Below the pieces are notes generated by a model. It searched no databases. It was not told the DNA's origin and worked only from the letters and a program-made list of their open reading frames with translations. Positions 8,532 through 16,566 of a DNA stretch of 36,061 nt are shown here, piece after piece (position 1 is the first letter of the stretch; each line of letters opens with the position of its first letter). The translations under genes and the position numbers were made by a program. This DNA is from Nitrososphaerales archaeon (GTDB lineage Archaea; Thermoproteota; Nitrososphaeria; Nitrososphaerales; UBA57): positions 1 to 36,061 of the forward strand of contig JAKUSK010000004.1 in assembly GCA_022449325.1 (NCBI GenBank). The letters are read 5' to 3'.

Positions 8532-10298
8532 ATGTGTGGAATAACCGGCTACATTGGAGAGAAGGAAGCAGCTCCAGTTTTATTACAAGCGTTAAAAAGA
8601 ATGGAATATAGAGGTTATGATTCAGCAGGGATTTCAACTATTTACAAAGATAATGTAACAATAAAAAAAGACATTGGAAGAATTGATTCAATTAATGAGA
8701 AGATTGAACTTGGTAAAGCAGAAGGCAAAATCGGGGTTGCGCATACAAGATGGGCTACACATGGAGGAGTGACAAAAGAAAATGCACATCCACATTTATC
8801 ATGTAAACAAAAAGTAGTCATGGTTCATAATGGAATAATTGAAAATTATAGGCAATTATTTAAGGAATTATCAGACAACCATGAGATTAAAAGTGAAACC
8901 GATTCAGAAGTCATAGCACATTTAATTGAAGAAGAATACGATAAAGAAAAAAACCCATTAAAAACATTGCAAAATGTAAGTAAAAAATTAGATGGTAGTT
9001 TTGCATTAGTTGTGATTTTTAGTGATAAAAAAGATGAAATATACGGAGTGAGAAAATATGCGCCATTAATTGTTGGAATTGGTGAACAAGAGAATTTTAT
9101 TTCCAGCGACATAGTGTCATTTATTGATTATACAGATAATGTAATATTTTTAGAAGATAAAGAGATAGTAAAAGTAACATCAAATTCAATTGAGATTGTA
9201 AACTTTGATGGAGATAAAATATCACGAGATAAAACACATGTAGCTTGGGAAGCTGCAGATGTATCGAAGGAAGAGTTTTCGCACCATACAATTAAAGAGA
9301 TTCATGAACAGAGTTCTACAGTACAAAATGCATTAAATCAAGATGATGAAGAATTTGAAGAGTTTGTTAATAAATTAACTAGTGGTAAGAATATATTCAT
9401 CACAGGGTCAGGATCGAGTTTTCACATTGCCTTAATTTTTAGAAAAATGCTTACAAAATTTGTAGATAGTCCAGTTCAGGCGTTTCTATCCAGTGAATCA
9501 GAAGAATATATTGAATCAATGAATGACAATGCAATATTAATTCCCATATCTCAGAGTGGAGAGACTGCCGATTTACTTGAAGTAATACGTAATGTTAAGG
9601 ATAAAGGAGTTACAGTGTTATCGATATACAATACGGTAGGTTCTTCTTTATCAAGAGTAAGTGATTTTAGTCTTAATCTAAATTGTGGTCCTGAGATCGG
9701 AGTTGCTGCAACAAAGAGTTTCACATCTCAATTAGCAATAGTGTATAAAATAATATTCAAATTAGGAAATGTAAAAGATGGTAATGAGAAGATTATTGAA
9801 TTATCTAATAAGATAAAAGATATTTTATCAAAAGAAAAAACCTTACAAGAAATTATTGAATTAATTAATGAATCAAATGACGTGTATTTCTTAGGGAGAG
9901 CAATACATCATCCAATAGCATTAGAAGGTGCATTAAAGTTAAAGGAATTAGCTTACATTCATGCAGAAGGAATGGCAGCAGGTGAGATAAAACACGGTAC
10001 ATTAGCATTAGTAGAAGAAGGTACACCGGCGATTATCATTAATCCGAAGGATGAATCTTATAACGATACAATAAATAATGCAACCGAAATGAAAGCGAGA
10101 GGCGCAAAAATAATTGGAATATCAAGTGAAGATAATGAAGTTTATGATTATTGGATAGAAATTCCTAAAGTAGAGAATATGTTATATCCATTAATCGAGC
10201 TTGTGCCGTTGCAGCTGTTAGCATACTATACTGCGATTAGAAGAAAGAATAATCCAGATTATCCAAGAAACTTAGCAAAATCAGTTACTGTAAAGTAA
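8532..10298 (+). CDS. glmS: Glutamine--fructose-6-phosphate aminotransferase (isomerising)
   Basis: MCGITGYIG Ntn-amidotransferase start, two SIS-type regions, C-terminal ...PRNLAKSVTVK. 588 aa. Confidence 0.95.
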   Translation: MCGITGYIGEKEAAPVLLQALKRMEYRGYDSAGISTIYKDNVTIKKDIGRIDSINEKIELGKAEGKIGVAHTRWATHGGVTKENAHPHLSCKQKVVMVHNGIIENYRQLFKELSDNHEIKSETDSEVIAHLIEEEYDKEKNPLKTLQNVSKKLDGSFALVVIFSDKKDEIYGVRKYAPLIVGIGEQENFISSDIVSFIDYTDNVIFLEDKEIVKVTSNSIEIVNFDGDKISRDKTHVAWEAADVSKEEFSHHTIKEIHEQSSTVQNALNQDDEEFEEFVNKLTSGKNIFITGSGSSFHIALIFRKMLTKFVDSPVQAFLSSESEEYIESMNDNAILIPISQSGETADLLEVIRNVKDKGVTVLSIYNTVGSSLSRVSDFSLNLNCGPEIGVAATKSFTSQLAIVYKIIFKLGNVKDGNEKIIELSNKIKDILSKEKTLQEIIELINESNDVYFLGRAIHHPIALEGALKLKELAYIHAEGMAAGEIKHGTLALVEEGTPAIIINPKDESYNDTINNATEMKARGAKIIGISSEDNEVYDYWIEIPKVENMLYPLIELVPLQLLAYYTAIRRKNNPDYPRNLAKSVTVK

Positions 10299-10301
10299 AA
10301 G

Positions 10302-10538
10302 TTAGACATCAATAATTTCTTTATCTTCTTGATACGACCATTCTTCTGAAGAGAGTCTATTACTATCTTTATCATAGCAACATAATTGATTACCTTCGTC
10401 CTTGGTTTTACTATGTGTACTATCACAAAATGGATATGTTTTACTTATACCGCACATACAGATTTTGACTTTGTCTCCTGAAGGTGTAATATGAATAAAT
10501 GGCTTATCAGTAGAATGTTTAATTAACCTAGTCATCAA
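10302..10538 (-). CDS. Small CDGSH-type iron-sulfur domain protein (variant CDSTH)
   Basis: CMCGISKTYPFCDSTH fits C-x-C-x2-S-x3-P-x-C-D-(G)-x-H, with Ser in place of Gly. Confidence 0.65.
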   Translation of the reverse strand: MMTRLIKHSTDKPFIHITPSGDKVKICMCGISKTYPFCDSTHSKTKDEGNQLCCYDKDSNRLSSEEWSYQEDKEIIDV

Positions 10539-10589
10539 AAATACTAAGAAAAATTAGTAATTAAATTTACAGGAAAATCGGAAGATTAG

Positions 10590-10686
10590 TGGGCCCGCCC
10601 GGATTTGAACCGGGGACCTTCGCCATGTAAAGGCGACATCCTAACCATTCTAGGAGTTAAATTAACTCTGGCTAGACGACGAGCCC
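10590..10686 (-). tRNA. tRNA-Val (anticodon UAC) interrupted by an approximately 22-nt non-canonical intron in the D-loop
   Basis: Hand-folded reverse complement: GGGCTCG TC GTCT AGCC[AGAGTTAATTTAACTCCTAGAA]TGGTTA GGAT G TCGCC TTTACAT GGCGA AGGTC CCCGG TTCAAAT CCGGG CGGGCCC A. 7-bp acceptor stem, T-arm with TTCAAAT loop, anticodon loop TT-TAC-AT. Confidence 0.85.
10648..10669 (-). other. D-loop intron of tRNA-Val with a bulge-helix-bulge-like fold
   Basis: The intron hairpin GAGTTAA/TTAACTC is flanked by a 4-bp CTAG/CTAG helix between 5' exon and intron 3' end, with about 3-nt bulges on opposite strands. Boundaries are accurate to about 1-2 nt. Confidence 0.7.
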
Positions 10687-10759
10687 CCTATATAATTTCT
10701 GTAATGATTATTTTAAGTCTTCATCCTTAAATTAGATTTTACAATATTCTATTAGAACG

Positions 10760-12001
10760 ATGAAAAGCGATATTTTGGTAATAGATCCAAGCATAGCAGG
10801 AATATCAGGAGACATGATGTTAAGTTCAATAATAGATATTGGAGCAGATGAAAAACTAGTAATTGAAAATTTAGAATCAATAAAAGATTATTTTAAGAGT
10901 TGTAAAAAACTTGAAATAAGTTTCAAGGATGTAACGAAAAATGGTTTTCGTGCAAAAAAAGCAGACATCATAATTGAGGAAGACAAGAATAGTCACAATG
11001 TAGATGAATTAAATCATAATTTAGAAAGGAGTATTGAGAATGTTTCTATATCACATAATGCAAAGGCGTTTATAAAAAATTCTTTTGAGAATTTAATTTC
11101 TGCTGAAAGTGCGTTACATGGTATTAGTAATAAAGAAATGCATTTACATGAAGCAGGTTCAATAGATACATTTGTAGACATTATTGGAACAGGAATTGCA
11201 TTAGATAATTTAAAATTATTTAATTTAAAAGAGATTATAACTACGCCAGTTTCAGTTGGAGGTGGAGATATAACATTCTCCCATGGGAAGATGCAGAATC
11301 CAGCACCTGCAATATTAGAGATCGCAAGAAGAAACAATATAATGATTAGAGGAGGTCCTGGAATGTATGAAACGGCTACTCCAACAGGAATGGCAATGCT
11401 TGCTGCATTAGTAGAGGAAAGTCAAGAAATTTTTCCTGGAATAAAACCAGAATTAATAGGAGTAGGAGCTGGATCTTCGGAGTTTAAGGAAATACCAAAT
11501 ATATTAAGAATTACTTTGGGGGAGAAATCTACGTTATTGACTGATGAAATTGCGATAATTGAAACTAACATAGATGACAGAACAGGAGAAGAGTTAGGTT
11601 ATGCAATGCAAAGAATAATTGATAATGGCGCATTAGACGTATCATTAATACCTACAATTGGAAAGAAAGGACGACCAAGTAATGTACTGAAAGTCATTAC
11701 AAATTTAAGTAAATCTGAATTTTTTTCCGATTTAGTAATGAGGGAAACAGGAACACTAGGTGTGAGAGTTTATCCAATGTCAAGATTCATACAAATGAGA
11801 GAAAATTTGAAGGCAAATATTACAATAAAGAATAATGATGAAGAGATTGATGTAAAAGTAGTTAAATCAGAGTCAGGAGAAATAATCCAATTTAAACCTG
11901 AATTTGATCAAATTGTCAAATTGTCAGAAAAATACAAAATCAATTTAATTGAATTAAAGAATGATATATCAAAACAAATACAAAGAGAATTATTTAATTA
12001 A
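10760..12001 (+). CDS. larC: LarC-family nickel insertion protein (DUF111; pyridinium-3,5-bisthiocarboxylate mononucleotide nickel chelatase)
   Basis: N-terminal ILVIDPSIAGISGDMMLSSIIDIGAD is the DUF111/LarC signature. Single unsplit 413-aa ORF. Adjacent to larB and larE. Confidence 0.8.
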   Translation: MKSDILVIDPSIAGISGDMMLSSIIDIGADEKLVIENLESIKDYFKSCKKLEISFKDVTKNGFRAKKADIIIEEDKNSHNVDELNHNLERSIENVSISHNAKAFIKNSFENLISAESALHGISNKEMHLHEAGSIDTFVDIIGTGIALDNLKLFNLKEIITTPVSVGGGDITFSHGKMQNPAPAILEIARRNNIMIRGGPGMYETATPTGMAMLAALVEESQEIFPGIKPELIGVGAGSSEFKEIPNILRITLGEKSTLLTDEIAIIETNIDDRTGEELGYAMQRIIDNGALDVSLIPTIGKKGRPSNVLKVITNLSKSEFFSDLVMRETGTLGVRVYPMSRFIQMRENLKANITIKNNDEEIDVKVVKSESGEIIQFKPEFDQIVKLSEKYKINLIELKNDISKQIQRELFN

Positions 12002-12752
12002 TTTTTTTAACAATGATTGATGCAAGAACTCCTGCAGCAATACCAGAATCTATATTGACAGTAGCAATTCCAAGAGCGCAAGATTGGAGCATACTCATTA
12101 GAGCTGCAGTTCCTTTGTCTCCGTAACCATAGCCAATTGATGTTGGAACGCCAATAACAGGTATATCCACCAGACCGGCAATAATAGAAGCCATAGCTCC
12201 TTCACGACCAGCAACTGCAATTATTACATCTACGTCATCTTGAATAACGGATGAAAGTGAAGAAAATAATCGATGTATTCCCGCTACTCCAACATCATAA
12301 TATGTAGTATTTTTGCAACCTACTTCATCAAGAATTACTTTGGCTTCCTCAGCGACAGGAATGTCAGCTGTACCTGCAGTTATAATTGCAACGTGTCCAT
12401 GAATTGGTGTTTTCTTTTTTGTAGATAAAACAACAGTATTTGCAAGAGTGTTTTTACGAATATGTTTTTTTGGAAAAGATTTAGAGATTGCTGTAAGATG
12501 AGATTTATTTGTACGACTGATAATAACATGGCCGGAAGTTGAAAACATATTTTTAGCGATTTTAACAACTTGATCTGGAGATTTTCCTTCAGCAAGAATA
12601 ATTTCAGGAACGCCTTTTCTGTGTGCTCGACCAGTATCTAGCTTGGCAATATCTTGAACTTCAGAAATTGAATTTAATTGAATTTGTTTTTTTGCAGCCG
12701 TAGGAGTAAGTTCTCCAGTAGAAACTTTCTTTAATATTTCATCAATGGTCAT
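11994..12752 (-). CDS. larB: LarB (PurE-like pyridinium-3,5-biscarboxylate mononucleotide synthase)
   Basis: VAIITAGTADIPVAEEAKV...GVAGIHRL...AVAGREGAMASIIAGLVDIPVIGVPTSIGYGYG, a PurE-like C-terminal domain with the LarB-type N-terminal extension. Confidence 0.8.
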   Translation of the reverse strand: MTIDEILKKVSTGELTPTAAKKQIQLNSISEVQDIAKLDTGRAHRKGVPEIILAEGKSPDQVVKIAKNMFSTSGHVIISRTNKSHLTAISKSFPKKHIRKNTLANTVVLSTKKKTPIHGHVAIITAGTADIPVAEEAKVILDEVGCKNTTYYDVGVAGIHRLFSSLSSVIQDDVDVIIAVAGREGAMASIIAGLVDIPVIGVPTSIGYGYGDKGTAALMSMLQSCALGIATVNIDSGIAAGVLASIIVKKIN

Positions 12753-12762
12753 TTTTATGAGA

Positions 12763-13569
12763 TTATTTGTTTAGATTACCTGATTTATAACCTGATAGTT
12801 CAAGAGTTATGTATTTGAAACCTAGATCTTTCAATTCCTGATCAATTTTATCCATGATTAATTCATTAAATAATAGTGAACGTTCATTTTTACCTACTTC
12901 AATTCTGGCAATATTATTGTGATCACGAACACGTAATATTTCAATTCCTGTAAGTTCTTTGATTAAAGCTTCGGCTCTTTCAATTTTAGAAAGTGTTTTT
13001 AGAGTAATAGGTTGACCATAAGCTACACGAGAAGAAAGGCAGGGTGCAGATGGTCGATCTGCAGTAGGTAATTGAAGATGTTTGGAAATATTTCGAATAT
13101 CAACTTTAGTAAACTCAAGATCTACAAAAGGATGAAGAATTTTATTTTCATCTGCGGCAACTAATCCAGGGCGAAAGTCGGATAAATCGTCAAGATTTGT
13201 TCCATCAACTATAACTTTGATGTTTTTTTCTTTCGAAATATCTGATAAAGTTGAGAATAATTCAGATTTACAATAATAACATCGATTAGATGAATTTTTG
13301 AGATAATCAGGATTATCCATTTCGTTTGTATTGACAATCAAGTGTTCAATTCCAATTGATTTAGCAAGAGATTGTGCATTTTTCAATTCGCTTCTTGGAA
13401 TACTAGGTGAATCAGCCGTTACTGCAATAGCCCGTTTTCCCAAGCTCATAAAGGCAGCTTTGGCCAATAGCGTACTATCTACTCCACCGGAAAATGCAAT
13501 TATAACTGAATCAAAGGACTTAAACCAAGATTCCAGTTCCTGTAATTTTGATGTAATTATACTCTGCAA
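12763..13569 (-). CDS. larE: LarE (PP-loop ATP pyrophosphatase-type sulfur transferase)
   Basis: PP-loop AFSGGVDST, NRCYYCK (CxxC) and APCLSSRV cysteine motif. 268 aa. 10 nt upstream of larB. Confidence 0.8.
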   Translation of the reverse strand: MQSIITSKLQELESWFKSFDSVIIAFSGGVDSTLLAKAAFMSLGKRAIAVTADSPSIPRSELKNAQSLAKSIGIEHLIVNTNEMDNPDYLKNSSNRCYYCKSELFSTLSDISKEKNIKVIVDGTNLDDLSDFRPGLVAADENKILHPFVDLEFTKVDIRNISKHLQLPTADRPSAPCLSSRVAYGQPITLKTLSKIERAEALIKELTGIEILRVRDHNNIARIEVGKNERSLLFNELIMDKIDQELKDLGFKYITLELSGYKSGNLNK

Positions 13570-13611
13570 TTCTATAATTTTGTAAACATTACAATGGTTA
13601 AAATGTTTTAA

Positions 13612-14172
13612 TTATTCAATCGTGATGGTACGATTTTCAGTAATAATCAAATCCATTGGAACGTCATGTTCTTGGATATCAATGGTATTAATAAGTTGAA
13701 AATCAAATGCCAATGCGATTTTATATATAGAAGCATGAAGAGTTAGAAATTTATCATAGTAACCAGAGCCAAAGCCCAATCGATTACCTGATTTGTCAAA
13801 AGCAATACCAGGAACAATTACAGCATCGATGTTAGTGCAAATCACACCATCAACAGGCTCAGGAATATCAAGATAATTTTCCCTAAGATTCTCCATTCCG
13901 TCGATTGTGTGGAAATCCATAGTTTTAGATTGTCGATCAATTTTAGGCAAACAAACATTTTTTCCTAAATCAAGTGTTTTTTGAATCATACTAGAGGTGA
14001 GAACTTCCGTTTTTAGCGAATAATAGAAGCCGATGCAGTCGCTTTCTTTGAAGATTTGAGTCGAGAATAATTTATCCATTATAATATTAGAATTTTTATC
14101 TATATCATCTGTAGACTGTAAGTTACGAATATGTTTAATCTTATTACGAATTGATTCACGATTATCAGTCAT
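13612..14172 (-). CDS. 5-formyltetrahydrofolate cyclo-ligase family protein
   Basis: VIVPGIAFDKSGNRLGFGSGYYDKFL signature. I prefer the ATG at 14172 (MTDNRESIRNKI...), which removes the overlap of the track ORF (start 14205) with the upstream gene. Confidence 0.75.
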   Translation of the reverse strand: MTDNRESIRNKIKHIRNLQSTDDIDKNSNIIMDKLFSTQIFKESDCIGFYYSLKTEVLTSSMIQKTLDLGKNVCLPKIDRQSKTMDFHTIDGMENLRENYLDIPEPVDGVICTNIDAVIVPGIAFDKSGNRLGFGSGYYDKFLTLHASIYKIALAFDFQLINTIDIQEHDVPMDLIITENRTITIE

Positions 14173-14179
14173 ATGTGTA

Positions 14180-14551
14180 TTAATTATTATCTTTAATCCA
14201 GGCAATTAATGCTTTTTCATTAGAATCACTACGATTATCGATTACAGGAACAACAATGTTTTCTTGTGGGGAAGTAATAGTTGGAGTAAAGCTAGGCATG
14301 TTTGCGTATTCGATATCAACCCATAGTATGCCTTTGTCAATAAATTGTTCTGAAAGTTGATCGTCAATACCGCTAAAAGTTAGATTTTGAATTCGATAGA
14401 CAATACCATCAATCCATTTAACATAGGGTGATGCCATTGAATGAGATTGTATAGCAGTTCGTCGGGCTAAATTATCAGGTGAATCGTGTTTAATTAAACT
14501 AGAAATTACATATTCTTGCACTTGTTTAGAGCTAATTTTCATCTTTCTCAC
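14180..14551 (-). CDS. Hypothetical protein (123 aa), no recognisable motif
   Basis: Long ORF in the coding direction of a tightly packed gene string, 26 nt after the DsrE-like gene and 7 nt before MTHFS. I recognise no family. Confidence 0.5.
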   Translation of the reverse strand: MRKMKISSKQVQEYVISSLIKHDSPDNLARRTAIQSHSMASPYVKWIDGIVYRIQNLTFSGIDDQLSEQFIDKGILWVDIEYANMPSFTPTITSPQENIVVPVIDNRSDSNEKALIAWIKDNN

Positions 14552-14577
14552 TTACAGTGAGTTTAAAGTTGTAATAC

Positions 14578-15078
14578 TTAAATGAATAGTGTTAAAGCGT
14601 CGGGTTCACTAGCCCAAGATAAAAATGCTGAAGCGCCAACAATATCGTCGACTTCGGGAATAAGATTTTCTTCTTTTACATCCATGAATCCCATAGTAGG
14701 AGAACAAGCATGGAGTTTAACGCCGCTGTCTTTAGCCATTTTAATCATGTCGTAAACATTCGGCCAGAATTTTTCAATCTTGCTCTTCATCATAGTAGAA
14801 GCCATTTTAGTCATTCCAGGTATTACACCGACTATATTTGGCATAGGCATACCAGGATTTCCAACAGGAGCAATTTTTACTGAATTAACACCGTCCTTAG
14901 TTAGTGCTTTCAGACCCCAAAAAGTAAAATACATATCAACTTTCATTCCCATAGCAGGTGCTGTAGTGGCGAGAACAAGTGCAGGATAGAGCATGTCTAT
15001 AGTGCCTTTAGATACGACCAATATGAGTCGTTTCTTAAGTTGTTGATTTTCTGGTTGGATATCGGTCAAATTCATCAC
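14578..15078 (-). CDS. DsrE/DsrF-like (DsrE2/3-type) sulfur-relay family protein
   Basis: LILVVSKGTIDMLYPALVLATTAPAMGMKVDMYFTFWGL and KLHACSPTM (conserved Cys), typical of the DsrE_2 / COG2210 family. ATGA-type 4-nt overlap with the upstream TusA gene. Confidence 0.7.
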   Translation of the reverse strand: MMNLTDIQPENQQLKKRLILVVSKGTIDMLYPALVLATTAPAMGMKVDMYFTFWGLKALTKDGVNSVKIAPVGNPGMPMPNIVGVIPGMTKMASTMMKSKIEKFWPNVYDMIKMAKDSGVKLHACSPTMGFMDVKEENLIPEVDDIVGASAFLSWASEPDALTLFI

Positions 15079-15341
15079 TTTTTCTGTATGTGAAATACAA
15101 AGGTTTTGGGAGAAGTCTCTTCTACAGTACTTTCAAGCAATATGTTTCCTGTGGTATGAGCCCATCCTTCAAAATCAATAGGGGCTCCAGGATCAGTTGC
15201 AATTACTTTAAGAATCTGTCCTGAAGATAATTTAGAGATTTCCTTAGCAGTATTGATAATAGGAAGTGGACAAAGCAAGCCTTTCTGATCTAAGGTTTGG
15301 GAGATGTTTAGATTTTCAGTCATCACTTTATCCAACTCCAA
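15075..15341 (-). CDS. TusA/SirA-like sulfur carrier protein
   Basis: GLLCPLPIINTAKEI carries the CPxP active-site motif. 88 aa. Confidence 0.75.
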   Translation of the reverse strand: MELDKVMTENLNISQTLDQKGLLCPLPIINTAKEISKLSSGQILKVIATDPGAPIDFEGWAHTTGNILLESTVEETSPKTFVFHIQKK

Positions 15342-15345
15342 TTAA

Positions 15346-16026
15346 CTACGCTTTAGAAGGATCGGCGACCAGACGAATATAAGGCTTGACTGTCCTCCAA
15401 CCATCTGGAAACAAAGATTCTGCCTCTTCGTTTTTAACAGCTGGGACAATTATAACATCGTCGCCTTTCTTCCAATTTGCAGGAGTAGCTAATTTATGGT
15501 TCACGGTCAATTGAAGGGAATCAATAATTCTAAGTAGTTCATGGAAGTTACGACCTGTAGCCATAGGATAAGTAAGTTGTAGTTTGATCTTTTTGTCAGG
15601 ACCGATGATGAAAACTGATCTAACAGTTTGATTATCAGCAGCTGTACGTCCAACACAACTACCTTCAGTAGAAGCAGGTAACATGTCATATAGCTTTGCA
15701 ATACGAAGTTCGGTATCTGCGATAAGCGGATAATTAGGACGAAATCCTGTAACTTCAGCAATGTCGTCTAGCCATGCTACGTGATCAGAAACTGCATCAA
15801 CACTAAGTCCGATAACTTTAGTGTTTCTTGCAACAAATTCTGATTCTAACTGAGCAAGTGCGCCAAGTTCTGTAGTACATACTGGCGTGAAATCTTTTGG
15901 ATGAGAGAATAATACAACCCATCCGTCACCAATCCAATCATGAAATGAGATTTCACCTTGAGTGGTTTCTACTTTAAAATCAGGTGCGACGTCATTTATT
16001 CTAAGAGACATCAGCAGATCCTCCAT
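15346..16026 (-). CDS. Peroxiredoxin (1-Cys/Prx6-like)
   Basis: FSHPKDFTPVCTTELG peroxidatic Cys motif. The start may be the internal ATG at 16011 (MSLRINDVAPDF). Confidence 0.9.
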   Translation of the reverse strand: MEDLLMSLRINDVAPDFKVETTQGEISFHDWIGDGWVVLFSHPKDFTPVCTTELGALAQLESEFVARNTKVIGLSVDAVSDHVAWLDDIAEVTGFRPNYPLIADTELRIAKLYDMLPASTEGSCVGRTAADNQTVRSVFIIGPDKKIKLQLTYPMATGRNFHELLRIIDSLQLTVNHKLATPANWKKGDDVIIVPAVKNEEAESLFPDGWRTVKPYIRLVADPSKA

Positions 16027-16055
16027 TTTCTTTATTTTTTATATTTTGGTTCATT

Positions 16056-16076
16056 AATTATAACCCCGTTATAATT
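16056..16076. promoter_or_regulatory. Perfect 9-bp inverted repeat (AATTATAAC-ccc-GTTATAATT) 30-50 nt upstream of the peroxiredoxin start; candidate operator overlapping the TATA region
   Basis: Read directly from the sequence at 16056-16064 and 16068-16076. The AT-rich background makes chance occurrence plausible. Confidence 0.3.
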
Positions 16077-16193
16077 ATAATGGCGTTGTATATATAAAGG
16101 TTATGAAAAGACCGGAAGAAATTAAATAATTCTAGTGATAATTAGAAAAGAAATAATCTCATAGATTTAAATGAAGGATAAAGATGATGTGAT

Positions 16194-16538
16194 ATGAATA
16201 CTAAAAATACAAACGCAAATGGAAAGATAGAACTACCAGTAGAATTCCAGGTTGATGTAAGTTTAACAGAATCAAATATTTCTGGAAAAATTTTTAATGG
16301 CGATCTAGAAATTCCAATCTATATAAAATATGGAGATAAAGAAATTTTAATTCCTGAAGAATTTAAAGATGTTGGAAAAAATGTGAAGATAAATTTTACA
16401 ACAGAAAATGAGAACACGGTAATTACAACTGGAAAAGCAAAAAGTAATGAGATCCAATTAGTTCAAATATACGATACAGAATTATGGAATAAGATGGCCA
16501 ATGATAATCCAGTAACAATGTATATCGAAACAATTTAG
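16194..16538 (+). CDS. Hypothetical protein (114 aa)
   Basis: ORF 28 nt upstream of, and co-directional with, the NAD-binding/TM fusion gene. No recognisable motif. Confidence 0.45.
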   Translation: MNTKNTNANGKIELPVEFQVDVSLTESNISGKIFNGDLEIPIYIKYGDKEILIPEEFKDVGKNVKINFTTENENTVITTGKAKSNEIQLVQIYDTELWNKMANDNPVTMYIETI

Positions 16539-16566
16539 TAGCATTACTAAAAATATAATATAAGAA

